Counted from the stretch's first letter, positions 47,053 to 58,400 are shown. The stretch: DNA of 64,000 bases from an uncultured virus (IMG/VR IMGVR_UViG_3300042261_000615) (IMGVR_UViG_3300042261_000615); one strand, 5' to 3'. Translations and numbers: made by a program. The notes: generated by a model from the sequence alone, not told the origin.

Positions 47053-47691
47053 TTATTGTTGTACAGGGGTATCTGGCACATATTTAATACTGACAGGAAT
47101 TGTTATGGATGCACCAGTTTCATTTCCATAAATTGTCAATGTAGTTGTCAAATCTTGTGTTAGATTTTTATTTGGTGTAAATGAAAATGCCATACCAGAT
47201 ACAACCGTTGCCGTTTTAGATACAGTACCTGTATAAATTGAACTATCGAATGTAGCAGTTGCTGCACGAGATACAACCAATGTACCAGCAGTATTATTAG
47301 CCAATACCGCCGTATATCCATACGTATTATTGCCAGATGGATTTGTAGATGGGGATATTTGAGTTGCACCTGCTTTTTGATTAACCACCATTGAAGTGTA
47401 ACCCAATGATACTATAGGTATTCGTGTAGTACCAGCGGGTAAAGTCACCAATTTATATCGTAATGCATATTGTTCGTGCGGATTAGCCTCAGTAATCGGA
47501 ATAGCCCGTATAATAGAATCATAATATGCAGATCCAAGCGGGTGGGCTGGTTCATATAATGTATAATCAATTTCGTCATCACCTAATGCGAATTTGGTTA
47601 TACCAAGATTTTGTCCTTGTGCCAATTTTTGTCTACCTTTAGTAGTTAGAATTGCATCAACTGTGATTTCTGAATTATCAAGATATGCCAT
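47053..47691 (-). CDS. Virion baseplate/tail structural protein
   Basis: DAILTTKGRQKLA..ITKFALGDDEIDY resembles tail-collar N-terminal motifs; promoter motif at 47730-47738. Confidence 0.6.
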   Translation of the reverse strand: MAYLDNSEITVDAILTTKGRQKLAQGQNLGITKFALGDDEIDYTLYEPAHPLGSAYYDSIIRAIPITEANPHEQYALRYKLVTLPAGTTRIPIVSLGYTSMVVNQKAGATQISPSTNPSGNNTYGYTAVLANNTAGTLVVSRAATATFDSSIYTGTVSKTATVVSGMAFSFTPNKNLTQDLTTTLTIYGNETGASITIPVSIKYVPDTPVQQ

Positions 47692-47759
47692 TTTTCTATT
47701 ATATTAAAAAATTATTGTTTTTATACAAATATAAATATAGATAAAAATAATTTTCAAAA

Positions 47760-50700
47760 TTATTCCACATCAAGTATTGGATTTCCCGAATTTCGTTTTA
47801 TCTTAGAAACCTTTACTATATTTGGGTTTACGGTAAATATTTCCACAGGCGGTAGTTTATCGATTGTAGTATATTGTGTTTGAGTAGATCCTTTATAGAA
47901 AGAACGTTTCATACCTTCCGTTAAATTGTTTACGAACTTATAATGAGTTGGCAGATACCCATTTACCAACGATACATTTACAATATTATCAGATAACGCC
48001 GGTGTTATACTACCGCTATATGGCAATACTGTAACAACCTTATTGTAAAACGTAGTGGGAACGTATTCGTATTTTATTTGACCCGAACCAGTAGGGTATC
48101 CATCAGTTTGGGTGTATATACGTTTGGAAGATGCCTCAGTAACTACATATACTCGTTTACGATTTGGTATAACACTACCAGTCGCATCATATGAAATTGC
48201 CGTATTACCATATATATCATATGTATTCATAGTGGCAATTCCGTTTGGAGCATACAACCCAAACCCAACATTGGTAATATCATTCGGATTCATGCCGATT
48301 TGTACTATATTTCCGATGACAAACTCCTCATACATAGATGTATCTGTTATTGGAGAATCTACATATGCTTCATATGTTTCGTATAAAGTTGATATTAATA
48401 TATTGTCATTTTCATCTATAGTCGTATCATAAAATGGGGTTTCCGATACGATTGCAGTTTCCACTCCCAATTCGGTATCATAAAATGAAGTTTCCGATAC
48501 GATTTCAGTTTCCACTCCCAATTCGGTATCATAAAATGGGGTTTCCGATACAAACACAATATCATCAGATGCATCCAGTACACCATCCAATTGGGAGTTA
48601 TCGCCTAAAATTATTATATCCGATTGTGTATTTATAAACGCATCATTAGTATCTATCTCACTTTCGGTAGGTTTCCATTGTACCTTATTACGTTCCAAAT
48701 AGTGAGGTTCTATCAATAATCCAGTCGATACCTTTGCTCTAGCGGGAACCAAATCTTTAATTACATCAAACAACGATTTGTCGATTGCCTTAACAAGTTG
48801 AATATATTCATTGATATTTCTATTAAGTCTTTCAAAATAATAGTGTCTAATCGTATCCAATTGTTTATAAGAGGTGTTAAACTCATCTGAAGGATCCCCT
48901 ATATAGTCATCTATATGAAATTCACCAAAAGCCTTTAATATATCCATATTTAGCTCCTTGTTAGGAGAAAAATACAATCCAAGTCTATTGGAATCCAATG
49001 GTATAGTATCCAACGATTTTTTAGTAGATCTATGTTTATATGATAAATCATCTATCAATTCAACATCTTCAATACGTATCTTATTGTTATATGAAATACC
49101 AACAGATGGTACATCGGCAGTAACCGTTCGTCTATAAACTTCATATTGGTATGGGTATTGGGATGCTGAAGGGAATGAATATGCGGTAGCATATGGTGAC
49201 GCGTATGACTGGTTGATTGCAACATTCTTTATATGTGTATCGGATGTTCTATCCTTCGGATATTCAAAATCCAACCTAAACACTAAATCCGATGTGGATG
49301 ATGTATATGAGTTACCGTTGATAGCATCGGGAAATAATGTATGATTATCGAATTTGGATTTTTCAAGTGGAACTGTCCATAATCTAAATTCATCTACATT
49401 ACCAACAAACGTACTACCAATAGTAAGTGTATTACCACTATTCCAACTTACATTTGAACTGGATAACGACATACTTACAGAATTTAGTATTCGATCCCCA
49501 CCTTCGGTTGCATAAAATATTTCAAATATGGAGCCGGTGGATACGTATGGATACCTATTTACCAAAATATGTGAATAATTTGTAGTAAATATAGGATATT
49601 CATCCGATGCCATAGATGCACTATAACTACCAGATACCGTATTGAATAATAAATACCCATACGAACCAGTAGTTTGTACGATATCCAATGAAAAGTTACT
49701 ACCGGTTAATAAATTGCAATTTGATATTGTAGTTGGTTTTATACGTAATTCAATTGCTTCAGGGTATGTACCGGTTATAGTTGGTTTCCAATCGACAAAT
49801 ATTTTGGAATTGGTATCTAATAATACGGCCGCAGTGGTATCATCAAATGTAAATTTAGAACTACCCATATTATCAACATCCGTAGTACCACCAAACTCCA
49901 TAATAGTCAATAACGTTTCAGGTACACCATAGCACGCCATTATTGCTTTTATAGACCGGGACGTACCCTTATTCTTCAAAAGATATGGTAGATTATTCAG
50001 TATGCGTCTCCAGACTTCAGTCCTAGCCGTATCTAACGGCATACCATACTTATCAGTACCATCTTTTAACTTACCGATAACACTTTCCCATAAATTATTA
50101 GCACTGAATGGTATCTTAGTATCCCAACCAAATGATTGTAGTAAATGGTATATCAATTTATCAGGAAGACCACCCTTATCATTGCCATATTCAAGTTTTT
50201 TAACACGCTGCAATGATTGTATGTTTGCCCACAATAAATCAAAATGCTGACCTATCATATCAAGAAATATGATAAAATCCGAATTTTCAGTATCGGTTTT
50301 CAAATACAATGGAATATTATTGACCAAATAATCAACATTATCCCTATCATATAACGCACATTCATATATATTAGCATCATACCATTGTATTGCTAATGAT
50401 GATGATGTTGAAAGATGCAACCCATTTATATCTTTAGGATACGCAAACGAACTACTAACCGAGTATAAAAAGTTTTCATACCCATCGAAAGTTCGTTTTA
50501 ATTCTATTATTTTATTCGTATAACCGTCAGCTTCAATTTTAGCGGATGGGGCTGGTATAATCGTTGAACCCGATATTAAATTATTATATTTTCCTTGATA
50601 ATACTCAATTAACGATAGTTTGTAGTAAAAATTCTTTGTACGTTCTTCAGCTGAACTGAAATGTACAAAGTTTGAATACGCGATAGTAGAACCGCTAACA

Positions 50701-52277
50701 TATTGTATATCAAGCTGCGTTGTGTCAATACTATTAGTCTCACCGAATTTTACCAACAAATCGTTTGAAGTGGTCGACCCGCTCGCCAATAATGTATCAT
50801 ATCCAGATAGTGTCGTCCCATACTCCACTCCCAATGAGAAATTTGGTCCACGTAGTTTATGGCAGTATCCCTCCGTATCGGATGTCAGAGTTACGGTTTC
50901 TATAATAGGATTTGATTGCAATTTGGAAATCCAAACTTGCTGATTTATCTTTACATTAGTAGGTAATGGTTCATACATCTTAACCACCAAACTATCCGCA
51001 CTACCAGTCCACGCCGCAACCAATGCGTCATTTCCATCACCCAAATGCAATAAATGGGTCAAATATTTGGAAGTACCACTATCGAAAACCGTAGTATCAT
51101 ATTGACTTTCAAATGCCGCTACAAATCTATCTATAACAACACCCCGTGGTATAACTTTATCACTTTTAATAAATTGTACTGTAAATTTTTCATTTTTACC
51201 ATATATACCGGATTTGATATTATATGGTGTCATTGATAATGGTATATTTATAGAATTTTTATTCGAGTCTATTTGTAGTGATGCGAATTGCAACAACTGC
51301 TTTACATTTAATTTTACAGAACCGGATGATACCAAATTGGATATGTATAACTCACCATCTACATACAATTTAACCATATCAGTACTAACACTGTCCCAAC
51401 TTACTGAAAAATCAGTATCAGTTTCAACGTAATCAGCCCCCCTCATCACAGATGGATACTTTATATTATAGATATCGGGCACAACAATAGTGTCGGTATC
51501 TGTAACATTTAACACTATTGTTTCAATCGTATCATCTGTTGATGATGATGCAACTACTTTGACGGTGTAGATACCTATTTTGTTAAATAACGTATGTGGT
51601 ATACTCATAGCAACATCGGATGACCCGGTGACAGCATATGTCTTAGAATACGTGCCCATATATAAAGTCAAACTATCTGTATTATGTATTTGTGTGACAT
51701 GTATAGGTGTATCTGATTTATCCAAAATACTAACAGCATTATCGTATTTTACCTTAAATGATGGTTTAACCGATACAGTCTCCGGCTCAATATCAATTAA
51801 GATTGTATAATCTCCGTTTGGTAAGTTGTTTATAGTAGTGGACAAACTTTCATCCACAGATGCTGTGATATATTTATTCACAATAATTGGAGATGATTTA
51901 GTGGTTAATGTTTCCGGTATAACACCTTCAACATCCAACGTCATGACATAGTTTCCAGGTGATAATGTGTTTATAGTGGGCGACAAACTTTCATCCACAG
52001 ATGCTGTGATATATTTATTCACAATAATTGGAGATACTTTAATGGTTGGGGATGTTGGCAATTGTACTGGTGCATTCGGCGGTTCTACAATTTGTTCCGG
52101 TTGGGGGAGTTCAAATGTTTCCGGTATAACACCTTCAACGTCCAACGTTATGACATAGTTTCCAGGTGATAATGTGTTTATAGTGGGCGACAAAGTCTCA
52201 TCAGCCGTTTCAGCTGAATAGTATTTGTTCACATTATCAGTTGAACTTATATCTAATTGGGTTGGTGTGGTACTCAT
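47760..52277 (-). CDS. Large baseplate wedge-like protein with a LamG-like domain
   Basis: DMIGQHFD..RRILNNLPYLLKNKGT (P2 gpI/gp7-like); FVGNVDEFRLW; promoter motif at 52309-52317. Confidence 0.65.
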   Translation of the reverse strand: MSTTPTQLDISSTDNVNKYYSAETADETLSPTINTLSPGNYVITLDVEGVIPETFELPQPEQIVEPPNAPVQLPTSPTIKVSPIIVNKYITASVDESLSPTINTLSPGNYVMTLDVEGVIPETLTTKSSPIIVNKYITASVDESLSTTINNLPNGDYTILIDIEPETVSVKPSFKVKYDNAVSILDKSDTPIHVTQIHNTDSLTLYMGTYSKTYAVTGSSDVAMSIPHTLFNKIGIYTVKVVASSSTDDTIETIVLNVTDTDTIVVPDIYNIKYPSVMRGADYVETDTDFSVSWDSVSTDMVKLYVDGELYISNLVSSGSVKLNVKQLLQFASLQIDSNKNSINIPLSMTPYNIKSGIYGKNEKFTVQFIKSDKVIPRGVVIDRFVAAFESQYDTTVFDSGTSKYLTHLLHLGDGNDALVAAWTGSADSLVVKMYEPLPTNVKINQQVWISKLQSNPIIETVTLTSDTEGYCHKLRGPNFSLGVEYGTTLSGYDTLLASGSTTSNDLLVKFGETNSIDTTQLDIQYVSGSTIAYSNFVHFSSAEERTKNFYYKLSLIEYYQGKYNNLISGSTIIPAPSAKIEADGYTNKIIELKRTFDGYENFLYSVSSSFAYPKDINGLHLSTSSSLAIQWYDANIYECALYDRDNVDYLVNNIPLYLKTDTENSDFIIFLDMIGQHFDLLWANIQSLQRVKKLEYGNDKGGLPDKLIYHLLQSFGWDTKIPFSANNLWESVIGKLKDGTDKYGMPLDTARTEVWRRILNNLPYLLKNKGTSRSIKAIMACYGVPETLLTIMEFGGTTDVDNMGSSKFTFDDTTAAVLLDTNSKIFVDWKPTITGTYPEAIELRIKPTTISNCNLLTGSNFSLDIVQTTGSYGYLLFNTVSGSYSASMASDEYPIFTTNYSHILVNRYPYVSTGSIFEIFYATEGGDRILNSVSMSLSSSNVSWNSGNTLTIGSTFVGNVDEFRLWTVPLEKSKFDNHTLFPDAINGNSYTSSTSDLVFRLDFEYPKDRTSDTHIKNVAINQSYASPYATAYSFPSASQYPYQYEVYRRTVTADVPSVGISYNNKIRIEDVELIDDLSYKHRSTKKSLDTIPLDSNRLGLYFSPNKELNMDILKAFGEFHIDDYIGDPSDEFNTSYKQLDTIRHYYFERLNRNINEYIQLVKAIDKSLFDVIKDLVPARAKVSTGLLIEPHYLERNKVQWKPTESEIDTNDAFINTQSDIIILGDNSQLDGVLDASDDIVFVSETPFYDTELGVETEIVSETSFYDTELGVETAIVSETPFYDTTIDENDNILISTLYETYEAYVDSPITDTSMYEEFVIGNIVQIGMNPNDITNVGFGLYAPNGIATMNTYDIYGNTAISYDATGSVIPNRKRVYVVTEASSKRIYTQTDGYPTGSGQIKYEYVPTTFYNKVVTVLPYSGSITPALSDNIVNVSLVNGYLPTHYKFVNNLTEGMKRSFYKGSTQTQYTTIDKLPPVEIFTVNPNIVKVSKIKRNSGNPILDVE
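48424..48551. repeat. 51-bp tandem repeat (about 2.5 copies) encoding VSETPFYDTELGVETxI
   Basis: gtatcataaaatg..gtttccgatac recurs at 48424, 48475 and 48526. Confidence 0.9.
51827..52194. repeat. Interleaved near-exact duplications in the 5' part of the baseplate gene
   Basis: 51907-51987 matches 52114-52194 (TINTLSPGNYV.TLDVEGVIPET); about 51841-51895 matches 51982-52036 (SPIIVNKYITASVDESLS). Confidence 0.9.
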
Positions 52278-52369
52278 ATCGGTGTATTACGGCAAATAGG
52301 TTATATTATATAAATATTTGATATTCAAATATTGCTAGATATAACCGATATAAATTATTTTTTAGTGCG

Positions 52370-52765
52370 TTAAACGATTGTATTACTCACATAGGATGAT
52401 CCACTTATACCAACACCTTTCAGACGATATTTAACCAAATCCGATGATTTTAATTCAATTGAGTTTATAGCTTGGGTGAATGTACGGATATCACTAGTAC
52501 TACCAAGTGCAATAGTATCCCCATTTACTTTTATAGAAACCGAATTTGTGTCGGCAGTTCCAGTTAACTTAAATGTTATAGTGGTTGTAGCAAGGTTTCG
52601 GGTTATATCATCAGTACCACCAGTACCACTAATACCACCAGTATCGGTACGACCACCTCCACCAAACGTAGTTACTGGGTATACATTGCCAGTACCACCC
52701 CCATATGGATATGTATCACCTTCAGTGGTTGGTACAATATCGATTTGTTTTTGAATTAGTGTCAT
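52370..52765 (-). CDS. Gly/Thr-rich hypothetical structural protein
   Basis: 131-aa ORF in the structural cluster. Confidence 0.5.
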   Translation of the reverse strand: MTLIQKQIDIVPTTEGDTYPYGGGTGNVYPVTTFGGGGRTDTGGISGTGGTDDITRNLATTTITFKLTGTADTNSVSIKVNGDTIALGSTSDIRTFTQAINSIELKSSDLVKYRLKGVGISGSSYVSNTIV

Positions 52766-52801
52766 ATTAATATATTTTTAGAGTATTATGTAAATTATTA
52801 T

Positions 52802-53800
52802 TTATTCTGACTGAATTAGTTGGTTTAACTTATAATCGAAACTCAACTCCGCATCAGATTGCGTTGGTTTTTTAATTTCCGAATATTTCAATACAGGGTC
52901 TGACGTATCATAGTGTGTACTACCCGATATGGTGTGTGTTTGAGTCACATTATCAATACTAGCACTTACAGCTTGAGTATATGTTGTGGTAGAATTTATG
53001 GATGTAGTTATGAGCATATCATCCAAAATCACGCGAAATGTATCCGAACATATTTTTTTAGTCTGGTCAATTGATAGTCCAACCCCATTCCTCTTAGAAA
53101 ATTCATCAAAGATTTTTGATAAAAATGTATTGTAAACCTTACCACTAAACTCATCTATGTTATTAATGTTATATTCCGATTTAAGTCTATCTACAAACGC
53201 AGATGTATATTCGGATATCAACCAACTTGATATTTTAGTTGGATGTATGTTATCTATAAATGATTTAAGAGACAGCATGATGTCCCCCTTAAATGTACCA
53301 TCGGAAATCATTACCGAAAATCTTTCATCCAAATCATAGATACTACTTAGTTCGGTTTTAAGTGGTAGTAATCGTACTTCTCGACGTGATGGTGATATCT
53401 CCTTAATCCATAATTTATCGTCAACCCCATTACTACCTACCCTTCGATTTATAAGCGTTATTTGCGTTTTGAATATACCATTCAAGTAACCAGCTTCATT
53501 TAGAAGACGTTCAACATCCACAAAATATTCAGGAGTTTGGGATTGCACCAAAGTAGTACCCTCATTTATCAGTATATACTCAAGAATGTTTTCAGTTGTC
53601 ATTGGTATATAACGAACAACCCCATAATCAGCCTGCGGAAGCTGATTATTGTTGATGTCGTATACGATAAACTCTATTACATCCGCATCGGAGAATCCGA
53701 AAAATGAAGATAATTCACCTTTTTCAAAAATCTTACGGTCCTCATCTTTGATGAAATAGGCCTTATTATTTAGTATATTCTTAAAATTTTGTATAGCCAT
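52802..53800 (-). CDS. Hypothetical virion protein
   Basis: IEFIVYD and LWIKEISPSRREVRL motifs; within the baseplate cluster. Confidence 0.55.
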   Translation of the reverse strand: MAIQNFKNILNNKAYFIKDEDRKIFEKGELSSFFGFSDADVIEFIVYDINNNQLPQADYGVVRYIPMTTENILEYILINEGTTLVQSQTPEYFVDVERLLNEAGYLNGIFKTQITLINRRVGSNGVDDKLWIKEISPSRREVRLLPLKTELSSIYDLDERFSVMISDGTFKGDIMLSLKSFIDNIHPTKISSWLISEYTSAFVDRLKSEYNINNIDEFSGKVYNTFLSKIFDEFSKRNGVGLSIDQTKKICSDTFRVILDDMLITTSINSTTTYTQAVSASIDNVTQTHTISGSTHYDTSDPVLKYSEIKKPTQSDAELSFDYKLNQLIQSE

Positions 53801-53810
53801 TGTTATAAAT

Positions 53811-54857
53811 TTATTTTTTCAAATCAAGAGTATTATAAACAGTTGCGTTTGTACTAAATTTATTACCATTTACAGTATGGAATGCAGTCGATAACGTTAC
53901 ACTAGCCAATGATGTATTAGATGTAAGTGTGAGAGACCCCCTATAATCACCATCCGTATCACTTCTTTTGATATTTGCCATATTTTTAGCTGAAAGAACG
54001 ATATCATATGATGAGTTGGATTTCACAATTACCGATGATGGCATATTTAATATATTCACAGCAGCTCCTGAGGTTTTGAGATTTATCACAATATCTGTTG
54101 ATGAATAATTATAAATATTCAAAGTAGGGCCGTTTATCCATGTCGCAACATTTACATTACTACCAGCCTGCATTGCCTCAAATACTATATTTTGTAATGA
54201 TGGTTCAGATACCTCAACAACCTTTACAGCAAAATCTTTGGCTACTTTATAACCCTCCTGTATTTTGGAAGTTCTACCAAATAACTGTTCTTTAAGTGAT
54301 ATTATTTCATCTTCATGTATCTTATTTATAGCGGATATGGATACTCTTTGTATAACTTCGGATGTGGATTTTTGTATAGCATTTTGCAAATCAATAGCTG
54401 AGGTCTTTACTCGTGTTGTGGATAACATCGATTGATTTTGAGCCGATGCTGCCAACAACGATTGGGCATCCAAATCAACACGTAAACTTTGAGTAACTAT
54501 ATATAATTCCGATATTTTTGCATTTAACGCATCAATCGTTACAGATTGATTTTTAATTATATCTTTACTTTTATTATGCGAAGTCTGTTCATCAGTCCAC
54601 CAAACTCTTGGTACTAAATCATCTTTAGATGCCGATACTTTGGGTATCAGTTCAAATATTGAAGTATCGACTGTTTTTATAAGTTCAGTATTATCATAGT
54701 TTGGCCGAGTGAGTCTTGCAGAAATGATGCCATCATCATCAACAGATCCACTAAAAATATGCACACCAAAACTATTTTTGGTGGTAATATTTATAGAACC
54801 GCTTTGTTTAATACGTTCTACCTTAACTGCGTTTTTTAATCCAGAAGTATCAGACAT
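53811..54857 (-). CDS. Hypothetical virion protein (coiled coil plus Ig-like C-terminus)
   Basis: TAATG coupling with the upstream gene; beta-rich C-terminus. Confidence 0.5.
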   Translation of the reverse strand: MSDTSGLKNAVKVERIKQSGSINITTKNSFGVHIFSGSVDDDGIISARLTRPNYDNTELIKTVDTSIFELIPKVSASKDDLVPRVWWTDEQTSHNKSKDIIKNQSVTIDALNAKISELYIVTQSLRVDLDAQSLLAASAQNQSMLSTTRVKTSAIDLQNAIQKSTSEVIQRVSISAINKIHEDEIISLKEQLFGRTSKIQEGYKVAKDFAVKVVEVSEPSLQNIVFEAMQAGSNVNVATWINGPTLNIYNYSSTDIVINLKTSGAAVNILNMPSSVIVKSNSSYDIVLSAKNMANIKRSDTDGDYRGSLTLTSNTSLASVTLSTAFHTVNGNKFSTNATVYNTLDLKK

Positions 54858-55924
54858 TAATTTTCAATTATCTTAAACGTTAGGTTATCATCAAAGTAAA
54901 CATCATTGTCATTGATTGTGGTTTTGAATTGTATTTTATATGTACGACCACTCACCCAATTGCATAAATTGATTTTTATATAATTTGTAGTACCATCGCA
55001 ACTTATTTTTGAATAATCCGAAAATGGTATTATAATATCATCCGTTAAATTATCTTTTATTTGATAATATGTTTGGGCTGGTAACGAGTAGTTTATATCA
55101 TATTGAAACGTATCCGAAAATATTTTTAATGGATATAAATATCTAGCAAATATGTTGAGTTTTGGAATATCACCCACCATATATTGCTTTTTCAAATTAG
55201 ATACACCTATTTTTATTTCATCGTTAGATAATGTTTGCATAGATCCAGTACTATAAATTTGGTCATCCCACCCTATATACAATTTTGGTTGATGTATTGT
55301 ATGGGTTTCCTTTGAGAAGAATTTTATAGAGCCATATTCACTTAAATCATTTTCCGTATCAAAACTATGTTTAAGTATTAATCCATTATTCGGAATTGAA
55401 CCGGATAACCAACTTTGAAGTATTGGTTTTATATCCATACTAATATCCGATGATTCGTAGTTAAATGATTGTTGCATGTAGGGTGTTATATACCAAACCC
55501 CGCCATACCCCATATAACTACCCGTTGTATTTGGGGCAAATGAACTGCCGGATAACCATTGTGATTCAGCAAATCCATCTCTATAATTCCAAGTAACACC
55601 CTCAATACTTATACCATCACCGAATGTACCAATACCCATATTCCAACTTCCTGATATTGGATACGCATACAAAGTGTAATCCAATGGTATTTCATTACTC
55701 TCACTTTCACGCAATGTCATTACAGCCGTATCCAATACAATATCACCATTTGATATTGATTGAGATATGTGGTTGATATCAAATTGTATAATCGCTCTAC
55801 TTACATATTTAGTATCACCTGAATATAACTTACTTATATCCAAAATCTGGTCCAATCCAGTATTTTGATTAGATTGTTGTAAATACACAGTTGCATCTTT
55901 AGATGCGGTTATAAAATAAATCAT
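54857..55924 (-). CDS. Baseplate-associated protein (DNRLRE-like domain)
   Basis: KDATVY..NTGLDQIL..SRAIIQFD..PNNGLILK..FFSKET..PKL. Confidence 0.55.
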   Translation of the reverse strand: MIYFITASKDATVYLQQSNQNTGLDQILDISKLYSGDTKYVSRAIIQFDINHISQSISNGDIVLDTAVMTLRESESNEIPLDYTLYAYPISGSWNMGIGTFGDGISIEGVTWNYRDGFAESQWLSGSSFAPNTTGSYMGYGGVWYITPYMQQSFNYESSDISMDIKPILQSWLSGSIPNNGLILKHSFDTENDLSEYGSIKFFSKETHTIHQPKLYIGWDDQIYSTGSMQTLSNDEIKIGVSNLKKQYMVGDIPKLNIFARYLYPLKIFSDTFQYDINYSLPAQTYYQIKDNLTDDIIIPFSDYSKISCDGTTNYIKINLCNWVSGRTYKIQFKTTINDNDVYFDDNLTFKIIEN

Positions 55925-57966
55925 TATTTAATCCTCCCCTTTATATCTGAATCCGGATATTTGACCTCCCAAATAGATGGGTCTAAACTTGGATATATCA
56001 TTTTGTTTTTAGTAGCGGCTTCAATATCATATGAGTTGTTGTTATACTCCGTACCACATTTATTTGTTATACTTAAATCCGTAACAGCGGATACCCCATC
56101 TACATTAGCTAACAATAATTCAATTTCACTTAAATTTATAACTTGATTGAAGTTCCAGTTATCAATGTTAAAGTACGATTTCAAAGCATTGACGCAATCT
56201 GTTAAAACTTGAGCTTTATTATAATTTGCATAAACAGTTATCTCAAAATCCACACCAATATTTATGATGAATCCATCTATTATATTTATAGCATCCGTTA
56301 AAATACGATAATCTCCGAAATATGTCTTTAGATTTTCCTTAACCGCCCGATTTAGTTGAGTCAAATTTTTATTATTATCATAACCCAACACGTATAGATT
56401 GATTGCTAATGGATTACTTTGTTCGGTTATATTTGAAGTTTTGCCCTGAACAAACTTATTAATATCATCTTTTACAGATTGTATTGTTTGTGTTTGGTTG
56501 GATGATTTAGCCGTATTTATATACCCCATAACCAAATTGGTAAATTCCTGTAAATAATTTGGATTTGATAAAACGGCTTCCGGTGAATTAGTATCCAATA
56601 CTACGTCGGATACCGCAAATGCTTTAGAAACACTACCATATTTTGTTGGCATTGAAAGTGCCCGTATTTGGTAATCAGCGGCAGTTACTGCTCTATTTTG
56701 TGCACCAAAGAATGCCAAAGAGTTTTCACGGATTTCATCAATTGATTCACCACCCCGACCACCAGTAGCGGGTATTTCGTTATCAATAGCTACACTTTCT
56801 TTTATATTTGTATATAACGCTAATTCTTGTGGGGTGAATCTAGTAGTATCATCATCAAATGCTATTGAGTTTATTTTTTTGAGTTGGCCGGATTGAACAT
56901 TAGAATTTATACCACCCCCAACCATATAGGTTACTGTTAGTTCGGTATTTGATGGACTACTACCATATGTGTTTGTTTTCAAAAAATTGGTAGGATCGTA
57001 TGATTCACCCAATTTATTTATTGAATTTGGCAATCCCAACCCCACATTCTTTAATGTTGGTATAATACTTTCATCATGCACAGTTTCATCACTATATCCA
57101 AATTGTATGCGAGTAGTCCCATCTTCATTAACATTCACAACATATCGTCTTGATGTTTTAATCATCTTCAAAATGTATGGTACAGTTTGATTAAATTGAT
57201 ATAAATCAGGGTCGTTAGTTTGTGTATTTGCATAATCTTGATAAACAAGTTCTTGAGCTAAATATGGAACTTCATAATATGAGTTACCCTCAGAATCCAT
57301 AATTTTGGTTATACCAATCACATCCGTATCGCGCAGGTCTATATATTTATAAGGTGAGTAACTGCTAAATGTAAATGTATCCGTCTTTTCAATAGCAGAT
57401 ATTGCAGATACTGTCTTTTTCATCAGATATAGCACAGTTTCACCAGTATTGGAATCAACAGAATACACACTTTGTTCACGATTGGTAGCATCGTTGAAAT
57501 CAACAACATCGGTTGTCATAAATTGCACACCATCGGTATTAGATATGCTCGTCATACCAGCCTTTATACGCAGCAAATACGTCGCATCTGGTTTATTATT
57601 AACACCAGTACCAATGGCGGGTACTAATTGATATACCGATAATGTGGTTATCGCAGGTGATGTTACTTTTGGTTTATATCCTAAATATTTAGATAATGCT
57701 ACAACACTTTGAGCATCTTCAGCATACGGCATAAGTGATTCCTTCAAAGTATCATCAATATAATATGACAATACATCCCCAATATATGAAGCCATTTCAA
57801 TGAACATCATACCCGGCGATGATTCGTTAAAATCAGAGTAAGTTTTTGGAAAATATGTCTTAGCATACTCTATAAGATTACCTCTAAAGTTTTGAAAATC
57901 TTTATTCAAATACTTTATATCACGCCCATTATTCTTAAAAATCTTATTTGTAGGTGTTAATGCCAT
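55924..57966 (-). CDS. Baseplate wedge protein (T4 gp6-like)
   Basis: YSDFNESSPGMMFIEM, ATGGRGGESIDEIR and QNRAVTAADY motifs. Confidence 0.88.
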   Translation of the reverse strand: MALTPTNKIFKNNGRDIKYLNKDFQNFRGNLIEYAKTYFPKTYSDFNESSPGMMFIEMASYIGDVLSYYIDDTLKESLMPYAEDAQSVVALSKYLGYKPKVTSPAITTLSVYQLVPAIGTGVNNKPDATYLLRIKAGMTSISNTDGVQFMTTDVVDFNDATNREQSVYSVDSNTGETVLYLMKKTVSAISAIEKTDTFTFSSYSPYKYIDLRDTDVIGITKIMDSEGNSYYEVPYLAQELVYQDYANTQTNDPDLYQFNQTVPYILKMIKTSRRYVVNVNEDGTTRIQFGYSDETVHDESIIPTLKNVGLGLPNSINKLGESYDPTNFLKTNTYGSSPSNTELTVTYMVGGGINSNVQSGQLKKINSIAFDDDTTRFTPQELALYTNIKESVAIDNEIPATGGRGGESIDEIRENSLAFFGAQNRAVTAADYQIRALSMPTKYGSVSKAFAVSDVVLDTNSPEAVLSNPNYLQEFTNLVMGYINTAKSSNQTQTIQSVKDDINKFVQGKTSNITEQSNPLAINLYVLGYDNNKNLTQLNRAVKENLKTYFGDYRILTDAINIIDGFIINIGVDFEITVYANYNKAQVLTDCVNALKSYFNIDNWNFNQVINLSEIELLLANVDGVSAVTDLSITNKCGTEYNNNSYDIEAATKNKMIYPSLDPSIWEVKYPDSDIKGRIK

Positions 57967-58400
57967 TATAGTTGTCCTCCGATATTAAATGTAACTGTAT
58001 TCAACGTCGGATTGTTTGCCACTTTGAATGTCAGTTGTACGTTTATAGTATATGTATCTCTATTGTAGGAATTGTTGTTTATATCTATCGATTGAATATT
58101 AATATATGGTAGCCAAAATGATACATCGTTACGAATAGCATCACTAATTCTATCAACAATACTCTCATCATTTGGTTCAAACACAAATTGCCTAAATGTG
58201 TTACCAAAATTTGGTTGCATCAGACGTTCTCCTTTTTCAGTAAGTAGTAGATTCAACAAATTTGATTTAGCCTGCGCATCAGTTGTAAAACTTTGATTAA
58301 ACGCAGTATTGGTAATCTGTATCGGTAATGTTATACCAATAGCATAATCCCTGAATGTGGGTAAATCCTGTATTTGTTTATTACCTAATACTACAGCCAT
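57966..58400 (-). CDS. Baseplate wedge/sheath initiator (gp25-like)
   Basis: NLLNLLLTEKGERLMQPNFG..FEP..WLPYI. Confidence 0.9.
   Translation of the reverse strand: MAVVLGNKQIQDLPTFRDYAIGITLPIQITNTAFNQSFTTDAQAKSNLLNLLLTEKGERLMQPNFGNTFRQFVFEPNDESIVDRISDAIRNDVSFWLPYINIQSIDINNNSYNRDTYTINVQLTFKVANNPTLNTVTFNIGGQL

Noticed and set aside
48424..48551. Short repeats as a CRISPR array
   Set aside because: They are in-frame coding tandem repeats without unique spacers, and no cas genes are present
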